From: Octopus bimaculoides
Taxonomy: Eukaryota
DNA: 40,342 bases
Assembly (NCBI RefSeq): GCF_001194135.2
Contig: NC_068986.1
Coordinates: forward strand, 14,905,153-14,945,494
Direction of reading: 5' to 3'
Below are positions 24,882 to 37,059 of the stretch, piece by piece; the first letter of the stretch is position 1; each line of letters opens with the position of its first letter. Position numbers and translations under genes: made by a program. The notes beneath the pieces are model-generated. The model saw nothing but the letters and a program-made list of their open reading frames with translations, searched no databases and was not told the origin of the DNA.

Positions 24882-26903
24882 GTGTTTGTGTGTGTGTGTG
24901 CGTGTGTACGCTTTTCTCAGTTAAATTACTCTTTTGTTATCATGAAAAAATGTCATATCGTCATTTATTCGATTTCTCGATTTACTAACATGTTCGCTGA
25001 TGATCAGGCCTATGGGCACTGAATAGAGATGAAGATACATCTCGCGTATATACTCATGCAGGTCAAAGTAAATATATCCTACAAAGAAGATCTCACAGCC
25101 ATATCAATTATGAAAATGTTAAATTCACTAAATATGTTATTGGTCTAGGTAGGCTCGGCTTGAAGAATCGAACTTGCGATCTTTACTACAACATTTGGAT
25201 CACATCTCCGTAGTACCGGATCTGTGAGCTCTGAATGAGGACAATCAAACGCAGTTAATTTCGTGGTACTTATTTTTTCTTTGCTTATAAACGTGATAAA
25301 CCTCTGAAATTAGTTGTTTTAATTAAACCGTGTAAATATGCCCCATTTGATGAATATTTTCAACAGGAAAAAGCAGTGTATTGTTTTAGAAATATTTTAA
25401 AACAAAATCATAAAGAACATTTACTGCACAATTGGAGCTTCTTAGATTAAATAATTTAGATATATTTGCCTCTAGTTTTCTGTATACTCGACGGAAACAC
25501 ATTCGAAGAAATCTGAATATATTTTAGGAGACGTTTGTTTAGTTCTGCGATTATAATTACATAGCCATGACTACCTGCGACTAGAAACTTATGAACGTTA
25601 AAATGTACAAGAAACAAAAGGAAAATTAAATACGAGGCTGAGTAACACATATATAAATTGCATTACCTTTTGACTCAACCTCTTAAGTATATTCTGCGCA
25701 CTTTCCTTGGTCTTTGATTTAAAATTCTAACTTTCATTTCCGTCAAAAATTTATCTAGAAATTTCTGTCTCCCTACGAAAACTGAATACCAGCTACGCCA
25801 CGTGTACTTACGTAATCAACAATATTCGTTTAAATAGATGCTACGCGACCTAGTTCTTAATGTGTTCATGTAATGGAGAGCAGTTTAATAGATCTATGGC
25901 ATTTATTTTATTTCTATTAATGATAGCAATCGAATATTGCTAAAATGAATTGGTGCTCTATGAACAATTTATATATTTAATGCATTTCTGCATACCAAGC
26001 AATTATATTATATATTTATAACAGATTTTATACAAACGATTGCCAATCATATAATGATCAGAATATATATATATACAATCTTGCAATGTGCGTGTGTGTG
26101 TGTGTGTAAGTGTGTGTGTGAGTGTGTGTAAGTATTTGTGTGTGTGTAAATATGTGTGTGTGTGTGTGTGTGTAAGAGTGTGTGTCTATATATATGCTAC
26201 ATGTGTGCTTAACTAACTGTTTGTTCAGTTAAACAATAAAATGTAATGGAAAACACACGCATTATATGTGCAGATATTTAAGTGCACATCTGTATCTGAC
26301 TGCTGACTTTGCTATTTCAATGTTTAATGGGTGACATAAACAATCATCCTTTGATTTGCGTACGAACATGTTACACATTTTGTATATTGCGAGAATATTG
26401 TTTCCATTTTCGTGTAGTTCAGATGTTAGTGTAATATAATAAAACACCCACTCACACACACAGATGCACACCCAAATATATATGTTATATTAACGTGTGC
26501 GATATATATATATATATANNNNNNNNNNNNNNNNNNNNNNNNNNNNNNNNNNNNNNNNNNNNNNNNNNNNNNNNNNNNNNNNNNNNNNNNNNNNNNNNNN
26601 NNNNNNNNNNNNNNNNNNNNNNNNNNNNNNNNNNNNNNNNNNNNNNNNNNNNNNNNNNNNNNNNNNNNNNNNNNNNNNNNNNNNNNNNNNNNNNNNNNNN
26701 NNNNNNNNNNNNNNNNNNNNNNNNNNNNNNNNNNNNNNNNNNNNNNNNNNNNNNNNNNNNNNNNNNNNNNNNNNNNNNNNNNNNNNNNNNNNNNNNNNNN
26801 NNNNNNNNNNNNNNNNNNNNNNNNNNNNNNNNNNNNNNNNNNNNNNNNNNNNNNNNNNNNNNNNNNNNNNNNNNNNNNNATATATAGAAAAGAATTTTAA
26901 AAA

Positions 26904-27742
26904 ATGGGACAAGAACGCAAAACATCCAGACAGTTAGATGATACAAAATAGGGACAAGAAAAAACAAATAAACAAGGACAGAGAAAAAAACGAAGAAATG
27001 GTACACAAATAAAAATGCAAATAATAGAACATTAACAACATGTGTCTTTCGACTAAGGATGGATAAAATTAAATCAAGCTGGCTTGCGGAAGTGAAGCCT
27101 TACGGCAGGGACATAACTGATGTGTCAGCCCCTTCACACTTCGTTCTTTTCACTCTTCTTTCTTTCGTTCCTCCTCTCTGACATTTCCTAGCTTTCTCTT
27201 CAATCTCACCGTCCATCCACTATCACTACACTCTGTCCCTTTTCTTTTTCTCGTCCCTCACCAATTTTTTTATCCCTCTGCCTCTATGTCTCCGGTGTCC
27301 GGCCAACCCTGTTTTTCTTTCTTGGTTCGACTACCATCCGTGCTACATCTATATTCCTCCCCATGCCTGTTATCTTTTATATCCCTGCCGTCATGCTTCA
27401 ATTCCACTCGCCAACTTAATATAACTTTATTCGTCCTTAGTCGAAAGACATCTGTTGTTAATGTCCTATTATTTCCATTTGTATTCGTATAACATTTCTT
27501 CGTTTTTTTTTTCTGTCCTTGTTTTTCTATAGATTCGCTACTTTCTTCCAAGTGATCTAGTGCTCTTAGCTTTGTTTTTCCTTGGGGCTGGCCAGATTGC
27601 AGCAATCTCGAGTATAACCAGCCGAGATTGCCAAGATTATCTGGAACTCGACTGAGAAGAGAAAACTCCGAATGACCTGTCCTTTTTTTTTCTTGTCCCT
27701 ATTTTGTATCATCTGTCCGGATGTTTTGTGTTCTTGTACCAT
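26904..27742. repeat. Diverged inverted duplication: 26968-27115 vs 27379-27527, and 26904-26964 vs about 27686-27742
   Basis: For example gtctttcgactaagga (left) vs tccttagtcgaaagac (right), and gatgatacaaaatagggacaagaaa vs tttcttgtccctattttgtatcatc. The left arm lacks the equivalent of 27530-27685. Confidence 0.85.
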
Positions 27743-27794
27743 TTGTTGTACTCATTTTTATATAATTATGGTGGCGTACGTACACTTTGGTCTC

Positions 27795-27826
<32 letters not shown>

Positions 27827-28825
27827 NNNNNNNNNNNNNNNNNNNNNNNNNNNNNNNNNNNNNNNNNNNNNNNNNNNNNNNNNNNNNNNNNNNNNNNNNN
27901 NNNNNNNNNNNNNNNNNNNNNNNNNNNNNNNNNNNNNNNNNNNNNNNNNNNNNNNNNNNNNNNNNNNNNNNNNNNNNNNNNNNNNNNNNNNNNNNNNNNN
28001 NNNNNNNNNNNNNNNNNNNNNNNNNNNNNNNNNNNNNNNNNNNNNNNNNNNNNNNNNNNNNNNNNNNNNNNNNNNNNNNNNNNNNNNNNNNNNNNNNNNN
28101 NNNNNNNNNNNNNNNNNNNNNNNNNNNNNNNNNNNNNNNNNNNNNNNNNNNNNNNNNNNNNNNNNNNNNNNNNNNNNNNNNNNNNNNNNNNNNNNNNNNN
28201 NNNNNNNNNNNNNNNNNNNNNNNNNNNNNNNNNNNNNNNNNNNNNNNNNNNNNNNNNNNNNNNNNNNNNNNNNNNNNNNNNNNNNNNNNNNNNNNNNNNN
28301 NNNNNNNNNNNNNNNNNNNNNNNNNNNNNNNNNNNNNNNNNNNNNNNNNNNNNNNNNNNNNNNNNNNNNNNNNNNNNNNNNNNNNNNNNNNNNNNNNNNN
28401 NNNNNNNNNNNNNNNNNNNNNNNNNNNNNNNNNNNNNNNNNNNATATATATATTATACAAATTAAAGTTTGTCCTTTAATTTGTATAACTTCCAAATATT
28501 TTATTATGTATATATAGACTCAGTGAAATTATTTTAAAGTGATTCCGTCGAAGCTTTCACTTTTATTCTTCGAGTTTTGAGACATAATACAGAACCAGTG
28601 CCAATGTTGCATTGTTTTAATTCAAAATAATTACATGTTGATAATATTGTCATGAAAAATTTGATTCGATTTGTTTGAGCCATTTGAGAATGTATTGAAA
28701 ACAGACAGAGATACGAAGGTCTTTACATATATATACATTAAGGAAAAGGAGAGAGAATTGTGTTTAAATGTTTATAGCGCTTTCGTCCGGGCCTGTATAA
28801 ATATATTTATACAAACACACAAGAG

Positions 28826-29210
28826 ACATGGCTGTGTGGTTTTGAACAACGTTTGTGACAACGGGATTATGGTTTCAGTCTCACTGCCAGGAAACTTGGT
28901 CTCGTGACTTCTGTCTCATCTCCGGTTCAAATAATGCATTCTGAGTGAACTTAGAAGACGAAACTACGTTGCATCCACTTGTACATGTATATGTATATAT
29001 GTCTGTGTACGTGTTTGTGTGTGTGTGCGCGCGCGTGCATGTGTGCGTGCGTGAGTGTATGTATAAGTATGTATGTATTTCTCGATCTTGCACAGTTATC
29101 ATTTGCTGACAGGCGCTGGTTTGTTTACATCCCTATGACGTTTTTCAAAAGATGTCGATGTGTGCTAGATAATACAATCAACGATCGATGTCGATGAGCT
29201 CCACTAAAAC
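28826..29210 (+). mobile_element. Decayed SINE (family of 21770)
   Basis: catggctgtgtgg..ggtttcagtctcactg..tgagtgaactt..agacgaaact, then microsatellite, then ttgctgacaggcgctggtttgtttacatccc. Confidence 0.55.
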
Positions 29211-29311
29211 CTTTCAATATACATATACATGTATGCATACATATACATATACACATAAAATGCGTGTGCGTGTATGTGTGTGAGTGCATGTGTTTATACA
29301 CACACATACAC

Positions 29312-29362
<51 letters not shown>

Positions 29363-29365
29363 TAT

Positions 29366-29617
29366 ACATTATTTACATTATTTACATTATTTACATTTGA
29401 CGGATATTCGTCCTCATCTTGTTTGTTGTGAACACAACGTTTCGGCTGATATACCCTCCAGCCTTCGTCAGGTGTCTTGGGGAAATTTCGAACCTGGGTT
29501 CTCATTCCTATCGATGTTACTATTATGATTATTATTATATTATTATTATTATTATTATTACTATTATTAATCAGGTCGCTGCCGTGAATCGAACTCGGTA
29601 CCTTGGGGTTAGTAGCC
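29366..29617 (-). mobile_element. Composite element: tRNA-like head, (AAT)n, hammerhead unit, (GTAAATAAT)n tail
   Basis: Minus strand: ggctactaaccccaaggtaccgaGTTCGAttcacggcagcgacc-(AAT)n-catcgataggaatgagaacccaggttcgaaatttccccaa-hammerhead-cacaacaaacaagatgaggacgaatatccgtcaaat-(gtaaataat)x3. The 5' end is lost in a gap. Confidence 0.75.
29431..29476 (-). ncRNA. Minimal type I hammerhead ribozyme, core intact
   Basis: GACAC-CUGACGA-A-GGCUG-GAGGGUAUAU-CAGCC-GAAA-C-GU-U-GUGUU. Stem I GACAC/GUGUU, stem II GGCUG/CAGCC, palindromic stem III (AACGUU), GUU cleavage triplet. Confidence 0.85.
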
Positions 29618-30008
29618 NNNNNNNNNNNNNNNNNNNNNNNNNNNNNNNNNNNNNNNNNNNNNNNNNNNNNNNNNNNNNNNNNNNNNNNNNNNNNNNNNNN
29701 NNNNNNNNNNNNNNNNNNNNNNNNNNNNNNNNNNNNNNNNNNNNNNNNNNNNNNNNNNNNNNNNNNNNNNNNNNNNNNNNNNNNNNNNNNNNNNNNNNNN
29801 NNNNNNNNNNNNNNNNNNNNNNNNNNNNNNNNNNNNNNNNNNNNNNNNNNNNNNNNNNNNNNNNNNNNNNNNNNNNNNNNNNNNNNNNNNNNNNNNNNNN
29901 NNNNNNNNNNNNNNNNNNNNNNNNNNNNNNNNNNNNNNNNNNNNNNNNNNNNNNNNNNNNNNNNNNNNNNNNNNNNNNNNNNNNNNNNNNNNNNNNNNNN
30001 NNNNNNNN

Positions 30009-30066
30009 AAATGTTAATAATGTAAATAATGTAAATAATTCCTCATCTCTTAAATATAGAACTGTA
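30009..30066 (+). mobile_element. 3' tail of another copy of the hammerhead element
   Basis: aaatgttaataatgtaaataatgtaaataat immediately after the gap matches the tails at 29366-29398 (-) and 37864-37890 (+). Confidence 0.7.
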
Positions 30067-30559
30067 TTATATATATATATATATTAGTATTTGAGCGTTT
30101 GTTAAAAAAGTTAATTTAATATACTGTTGTTTACGAAGCAGAACGTTTTACACAATTAATTCACTTGTATTTATTTCTCCGACAAATTTTGTCGCTATTC
30201 ATTGATATATTTTATGTTTGACTGTTTTACTTGTTCCATTGCACTTCTTTTACGAAAAACATAACATCGTGCGAAAGATATATATATTTGTATGCCTTAT
30301 AGCCAGACATATTAGATATGGCTGATTACAACGGCTCTCTTACTTGGTAGGTGATTCTGTATACAAAGTACAAAGGTCTGCTACATACATTTCTACATTA
30401 TGATATCTGTTCACACGATTAGTCGCTGTCCAGCACATTTTGATATTTAACTGTACACGTGGAATTGATTCCATTGCTAGAAATCAACCTCCATAATAAT
30501 ATTGGTTTCCAATTCTGTAACAAACTAGAAATTTTGGAGGAGGGGATATGTCTAGTCCA

Positions 30560-30710
30560 TCAAGATACTTATTTTTTTTATAGATTCAGAATAAACGAAA
30601 CGCACATTCGACCACGGTGGAATTTCAGCTCAGAGCACGAAGACAGACTAAATAACGCTATGCATTTACCCGCAGAGTTCTAACAATCTGCCAACTGACA
30701 GCCTTACTCC
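30560..30710 (+). mobile_element. SINE 3' body
   Basis: aaacgcacattcgaccacggtggaatttcagctcagagcacgaagacagactaaataacgctatgcattt matches the 16570-16650 copy. Confidence 0.7.
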
Positions 30711-30789
30711 AGGAATGAAACAGTAAAATATATTTTTGTCAATCTCCAATACTTTATCGATATATAAGTATTAATATTGATTTCAATGC

Positions 30790-31340
30790 TTGGCACACGG
30801 CCAGCAGTTTCGTGGTGGGTTTTCTGGGTGGGTCTATTACTCCGACAGCAGTGTTCAACTGTTAATTATTTACCTCAAATGAAGAGTAGGTTCGACGTAA
30901 TTGACCTCCCCGCTGCCCCTATATTGTCCATCTTTACGTTCTGAATTCAAACGCCACAAGAGTTGACTTCGGCTTTCATCCATTCAGAATCGGGAAAAAT
31001 AAGTACCAGGTGAGAACTAGGATCATGTAATTGGTTTTCCTTTTCGCCCGGAATTGCAGGCCCTGTCCCAATATTTGAAACCAATACTTGCCGCCTGATC
31101 GAAGGATATCTCTAGGTATTGTTAATTCATTTAGGCACATCTGAATTATGTAGAAGGCAGAGGGGTAACCGAAGTTCGCACGTCGTAAAAATGCTTAGCG
31201 GCGTTTCGACCAACTAATGCATTTTGGGTTCAGATCCCTCGGTGGTGTACTTTACCTTTCATCCCATCGAGGTCGATGAAATAAAGTACCACAAGTACTC
31301 GGGTCGGTGTAATCGACTTGTCTCTGCACCTCAAAAATTG
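30790..31340. mobile_element. Cluster of three SINE fragments (30790-30880 +, 30925-31085 -, 31180-31340 -)
   Basis: Repeated tggcac.aggccagca.tt and tttacgttctga.ttcaaa..gtcgactt.gcctttcatcc motifs in both orientations. Confidence 0.7.
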
Positions 31341-31717
31341 CTGGGTTTGAATCCTGCAACGGACCAGCATCTGATTCAGTGGGTATCGTGGGATTTCGGT
31401 CACTTATAAGTCATGGAAATTCGCTTACTGGCACTAGGTCTCGGGAAAAATATTACGAGCCCTTGGTCTCGGGAAAAATATTAAAGATAGTGTACAAGAA
31501 CTGATAATAATCGTCATACATCACATGTATTAATTTGTATGTTTGTTTGTGTGTATGTATGTATAAAATGTCCATTAGACTTAGTGATACTAATAGCCTG
31601 GGGTTAGAACCCACTACACATATGCTTCCGAACGAAGCGTCAGTTGATTACAGACCAATGATAATAATAATAATTAAGTGACAAAGGAATAAAAAAATAT
31701 GACACAAACTTCATTGG

Positions 31718-31930
31718 CTTACAGCTGTTTCTGCTATACTGACGTCAGTATAGCCAACATCGTACGGAAGACATGCCAAGCGAAACTCGGAATATTTAGC
31801 GAAGTATCTTATTTAAAACGAGACACCTTACGAGATGCGGCTTGCACTGATGGATGCAACATAACTTGCTGTGCAATACCCCTCCCGTAAAGAACTGATG
31901 CAGGATGGGTCGAAACGATTGCTGTGTTGA
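31718..31930. other. Hammerhead-like relics and a 22-bp perfect palindrome
   Basis: GAAACAGCTGTAAG on the minus strand (31718-31731), GCTATACTGACGTCAGTATAGC (31733-31754), and CTGATGc-ag-GAtgggTC-GAAACgattgc on the plus strand (31895-31922). Confidence 0.4.
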
Positions 31931-33383
31931 TTAAAGATTCTTCGTAACTTTATTTGATGAATTCCTGCCGCCGTTCCAGTGACAATTATATAATAACCGG
32001 AGATGACATCTGATAGCCTAAACGGAGTGGTCTAATTGGCATACTACTAAGCACGCACACACACACGCGCGCGCACATTATAGACACACACACACACATA
32101 CATACATACATACATACATCATAGTATTAAAATATATCTAGAATATATTTGATATATAAAGAGTGACTAAATATACGTGATCGTTTCTGTGTATTTAGTA
32201 AGACAAATGCGTTTTTAACACATAGCTACAAAACTAAATTGAAATGTTAGACTGTCTAAATAACCAACAGCTTCTACAATGTATAAAAGTGTTTTTCGAT
32301 CCGTTCAAAATGTCTGTAATATATAGACGAAACATACATGAGTCGATGGCGACTAAAAGTGTTTTACCATTCGGAACAAAATATTTTAACTCTTTCCAAA
32401 AGTTTGTTTTTATCGAGGTTTTATCGAATGCAGAAAATAAAATATTACGAACCACTCGTCAAAACAATGCGTTTTCTTATTTCATTCCAAGATCACCTAC
32501 TCATTGCACTTATTTTGCCTTCTAGTATTCTTTCGATGTGTAGCTATTAGTCTTATCAAAACACTACTTGCAGATAAATCATATAGTAGTGTTGATTTAA
32601 TAATGCACAAATACTAACTAGTCGTTTTAAATTCTGATGCACTTTGCTATAATTGGTCATACAAAAACTGAAACCGTTCATATATGTCCTGTTTATCTTT
32701 TTTATTTTGCTTGCTTTTTTTTGTAAACATAAAGTAGTTTCGACGCCTCAGTATATTGAACGAATTATGTCTATATTTTCAGATTCCTTAAAAAGGAAAA
32801 GGAAAGGAAACGGAAACAAAAATATAAAAACAAAAAATCTCTCCCCCACAAAAAAAAAACAAAGGTATGTACGTGAGGGAAAAATTAAGATTGTTGATAA
32901 TAGCTGCAAAATATATGTGAAAAGAGAAAGGAGTACCACGACAAGTATATATGACAAAACAAAATTATTTCAACGTAATAAATATTTTTGCGTATGTGTG
33001 TATGTCTGTGCACTTACTATATATATATATATATATAAGTGTATGTGTATNNNNNNNNNNNNNNNNNNNNNNNNNNNNNNNNNNNNNNNNNNNNNNNNNN
33101 NNNNNNNNNNNNNNNNNNNNNNNNNNNNNNNNNNNNNNNNNNNNNNNNNNNNNNNNNNNNNNNNNNNNNNNNNNNNNNNNNNNNNNNNNNNNNNNNNNNN
33201 NNNNNNNNNNNNNNNNNNNNNNNNNNNNNNNNNNNNNNNNNNNNNNNNNNNNNNNNNNNNNNNNNNNNNNNNNNNNNNNNNNNNNNNNNNNNNNNNNNNN
33301 NNNNNNNNNNNNNNNNNNNNNNNNNNNNNNNNNNNNNNNNNNNNNNNNNNNNNNNNNNNNNNNNNNNNNNNNNNNNNNNNNNN

Positions 33384-33415
<32 letters not shown>

Positions 33416-34209
33416 GCACATCTCCGTCTACATAAACGTATATTTTTACATATGCTTGTGCATAGGTATGTATATATATTTGTATATATGTGTAGACATA
33501 TACACAGACAAATAAATAATGTGCGTCCGCGCGTCCGTCATTATGTGTGTGCATGTGCGTGCATGTGTGACTTCATACATATAAGGCCGATGAAATCTCT
33601 CAAAAGTAGGATGCCCTACTTTATTATTTAGTAAATTTGTTATGGATAATAATGTAGCAACATACATTTCAAGTGTTTTGTTTTAATTTTAGCTCACCAT
33701 TTTTAACCAAACAGTATTCACATTGTATCGTGTTGAACTGTAATTACTATCTATTTGCAAAATTCTTGTTTTCATCATAATTATATATATATATACATTC
33801 ATACATACATATATATATGCCTGTGTGTGTGTGTGTATGTCTGCATGAATATATGTATATATCCTTATATATATTATATATATATAAACACACTCGCGCA
33901 TACATGTGTGTGTATGTGTACTCAACAGAAAGCGTACATATATAAATACATTCATGAGATATTTGGTGTTATTACAGACTGGCAGAGAGAAGGGGATTGA
34001 CTTATAAATGACGAATACAGCCATAATAGCTTAATGGATGCATGGATGGATGGATGGAGTAAGATCTGCTGGCACTTATATAGATGCATAATACAAATAG
34101 ACGCAAGCTCACAAAGAAACAAACATGTGCATGAACAAATGTACACCTATCCGTTCGTATCTTCATGTGTTCGTATGTAAATACACATATGCAAGTCTGT
34201 GCCTCCAGG

Positions 34210-34277
<68 letters not shown>

Positions 34278-34621
34278 TGTGTGTGCGTGTGTGTGTTTAC
34301 ACATATTATATGTATATATATATATACGTATGTATGTGTGTATATGTAAGTACATATATATATATATATANNNNNNNNNNNNNNNNNNNNNNNNNNNNNN
34401 NNNNNNNNNNNNNNNNNNNNNNNNNNNNNNNNNNNNNNNNNNNNNNNNNNNNNNNNNNNNNNNNNNNNNNNNNNNNNNNNNNNNNNNNNNNNNNNNNNNN
34501 NNNNNNNNNNNNNNNNNNNNNNNNNNNNNNNNNNNNNNNNNNNNNNNNNNNNNNNNNNNNNNNNNNNNNNNNNNNNNNNNNNNNNNNNNNNNNNNNNNNN
34601 NNNNNNNNNNNNNNNNNNNNN

Positions 34622-34688
<67 letters not shown>

Positions 34689-37059
34689 GTATGCGTGCAA
34701 AATTGAAGGGAAACAGTGTCAGGTAGACAGATGGAAGTGGTTTGATGTTTAGATAGACATGTATGTTTCCGTGCACTTGTGTACGATTCCATTTCTATAA
34801 TAGATAAAATCAATTTTATATTATCTTAATTTTATATCATTGATTATTTTGGTGAATTATTTTATTTACTTTCCCATGGATTTCATACATTTGTTCAGGA
34901 ACAATTTTATTTTCTTCAATGTTTTCCTCTTGTTCATTTTTCTGTTTAATTATTTTATGGGGTGCCCTTATTGTATAAACTTTTTCATGTTTGTTTTCAA
35001 TTTACAAAATGCTGTGTAAATATAGAGCAAAAGCATTGACTATATTATATCTCCGAAATCTAAATAAAATTATTAACTTGTTTTTCCCATAATGCTATCG
35101 TTTCTCTCTCTTTCCTTCTTTCTCTCTGTGTCAGCACTTGCCGATAGAAATTAAAGGCGCTTGAGAATTGCAATTAGTTGTATTGAAGTTTCAGAATAGA
35201 ATTCCATTAGAATACATACAATGGTGGAGGAGAAGCATTAATTTTAAACACAAATAAAAGTTAAAAAGCTAATATTGGGTTAATGTTTTTAAAATTTCAA
35301 AGACCTGTATTAAAAGTTGCTCATAAACCTTAAAAAACAATAAAACTCGCATCAGAAAAATTATATAAAAAATATCTAACAGAAAATATCTTAATGGAAA
35401 TCAGTTTGTAGATTAGAAGGTACGGAATTATTTTTGGATATTTCTTTAGAATCAATTGTCCATGTTTCAATAATTTTTGTGAGGGAGATCCGTTCGTATT
35501 TATTTTATTGTTGTAGTTGTTATTTGTTCTTTTCAAAATGGAGGATTTATATTTGAAATGCTGCTGTCAAATATTTAAACATTCCACACAGAAAGAGAGA
35601 ACAAATCGTTAATTTGAAACGCAGCTATTGGCGATGTAACAGATTGATTTTCATGATCTATGACAGGTATTAAATTCAAGCATGTATTATTTCCTATCAC
35701 CTTAGTAGTCGCTGGGCTACTCAAATTATAATGAATAAAAACATGCATATAGCAAACACTTGTACAATATTATTTATCCAACACACTTTGTTTCATAACT
35801 CTATTCAATGTTGCAACATTCGTTTACTTGTTTCCATTTAGATATTGCAAAATCTGTGATTGGCTGTATTGACATAACATGAAATGTGTTATTAATAATG
35901 TGATATTTCCGTGATACAAAGAGGTATTTGATATCTAGATAGAGTAACTTCATAATAGAATTGTATATAATTATCAATTAAAATATTAATAGTTAGGCCT
36001 GAATTCTATTGGGTTTCAAAAGCTTCTACAATTGAAAAGACATTAGATATATAAACAATATTCTGAATAAAGATTGTGATATTATTTGGAGGATATACAT
36101 TGCAATATTCTCTTCACCACACTAGTCACTCTAAATGACCAGCATCAGTCAATAGAGCGCAATCAAAACGAAATTTTCTCCATCGTCGAGTGACATTTTT
36201 AGAACTTAGTATTCAAAGCAAGTGACCCGATTGACGTTTCGTCATGTAAACTCTAAACACGTCATTGCCTAGTACGACAGAGACACAAACATATGTGATA
36301 TTTGATTTCGAAAGTAAGGTTGTAAATCCGTTACAAATTGGAAACATATAATGACACCCCTAATAATTAGTCAAAAACAACGGTTGTACTTAGAACCTAT
36401 CGTCGTCTTTACTATTACGTAGCAGGAAATAGTTTTTTTCTCTAAATATAAGTGAAAGTGACGGCGAACGTGATAGGCACATGTATATACAGTTATCTTT
36501 AGTGAATTTCTTTTAGTTATACGCATCATTTCTGAATTGATATCAACATAAGGGTGTGCANNNNNNNNNNNNNNNNNNNNNNNNNNNNNNNNNNNNNNNN
36601 NNNNNNNNNNNNNNNNNNNNNNNNNNNNNNNNNNNNNNNNNNNNNNNNNNNNNNNNNNNNNNNNNNNNNNNNNNNNNNNNNNNNNNNNNNNNNNNNNNNN
36701 NNNNNNNNNNNNNNNNNNNNNNNNNNNNNNNNNNNNNNNNNNNNNNNNNNNNNNNNNNNNNNNNNNNNNNNNNNNNNNNNNNNNNNNNNNNNNNNNNNNN
36801 NNNNNNNNNNNNNNNNNNNNNNNNNNNNNNNNNNNNNNNNNNNNNNNNNNNNNNNNNNNNNNNNNNNNNNNNNNNNNNNNNNNNNNNNNNNNNNNNNNNN
36901 NNNNNNNNNNNNNNNNNNNNNNNNNNNNNNNNNNNNNNNNNNNNNNNNNNNNNNNNNNNNNNNNNNNNNNNNNNNNNNNNNNNNNNNNNNNTATATATAT
37001 ATATATATATATATATATGTAGATTACAGAAGCGGCCACAAGATCGAGATCTGACATAT

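Noticed and set aside
24985-25100. MFADDQ, an RT motif-like peptide
   Set aside because: Isolated motif followed by a stop, with flanks too weak to assign.
29570-29617. Possible genuine tRNA gene
   Set aside because: Only the 3' half is visible, the T stem has a mismatch, and it runs into (AAT)n; better treated as a SINE-like head.
30459-30720. ORF and apparent exon after a strong acceptor
   Set aside because: The sequence is a SINE body matching 16570-16650.
31436-31482. Duplicated ggtctcgggaaaaatatta, possibly CRISPR-like
   Set aside because: Only two copies, eukaryotic context, no cas genes; a simple local duplication.
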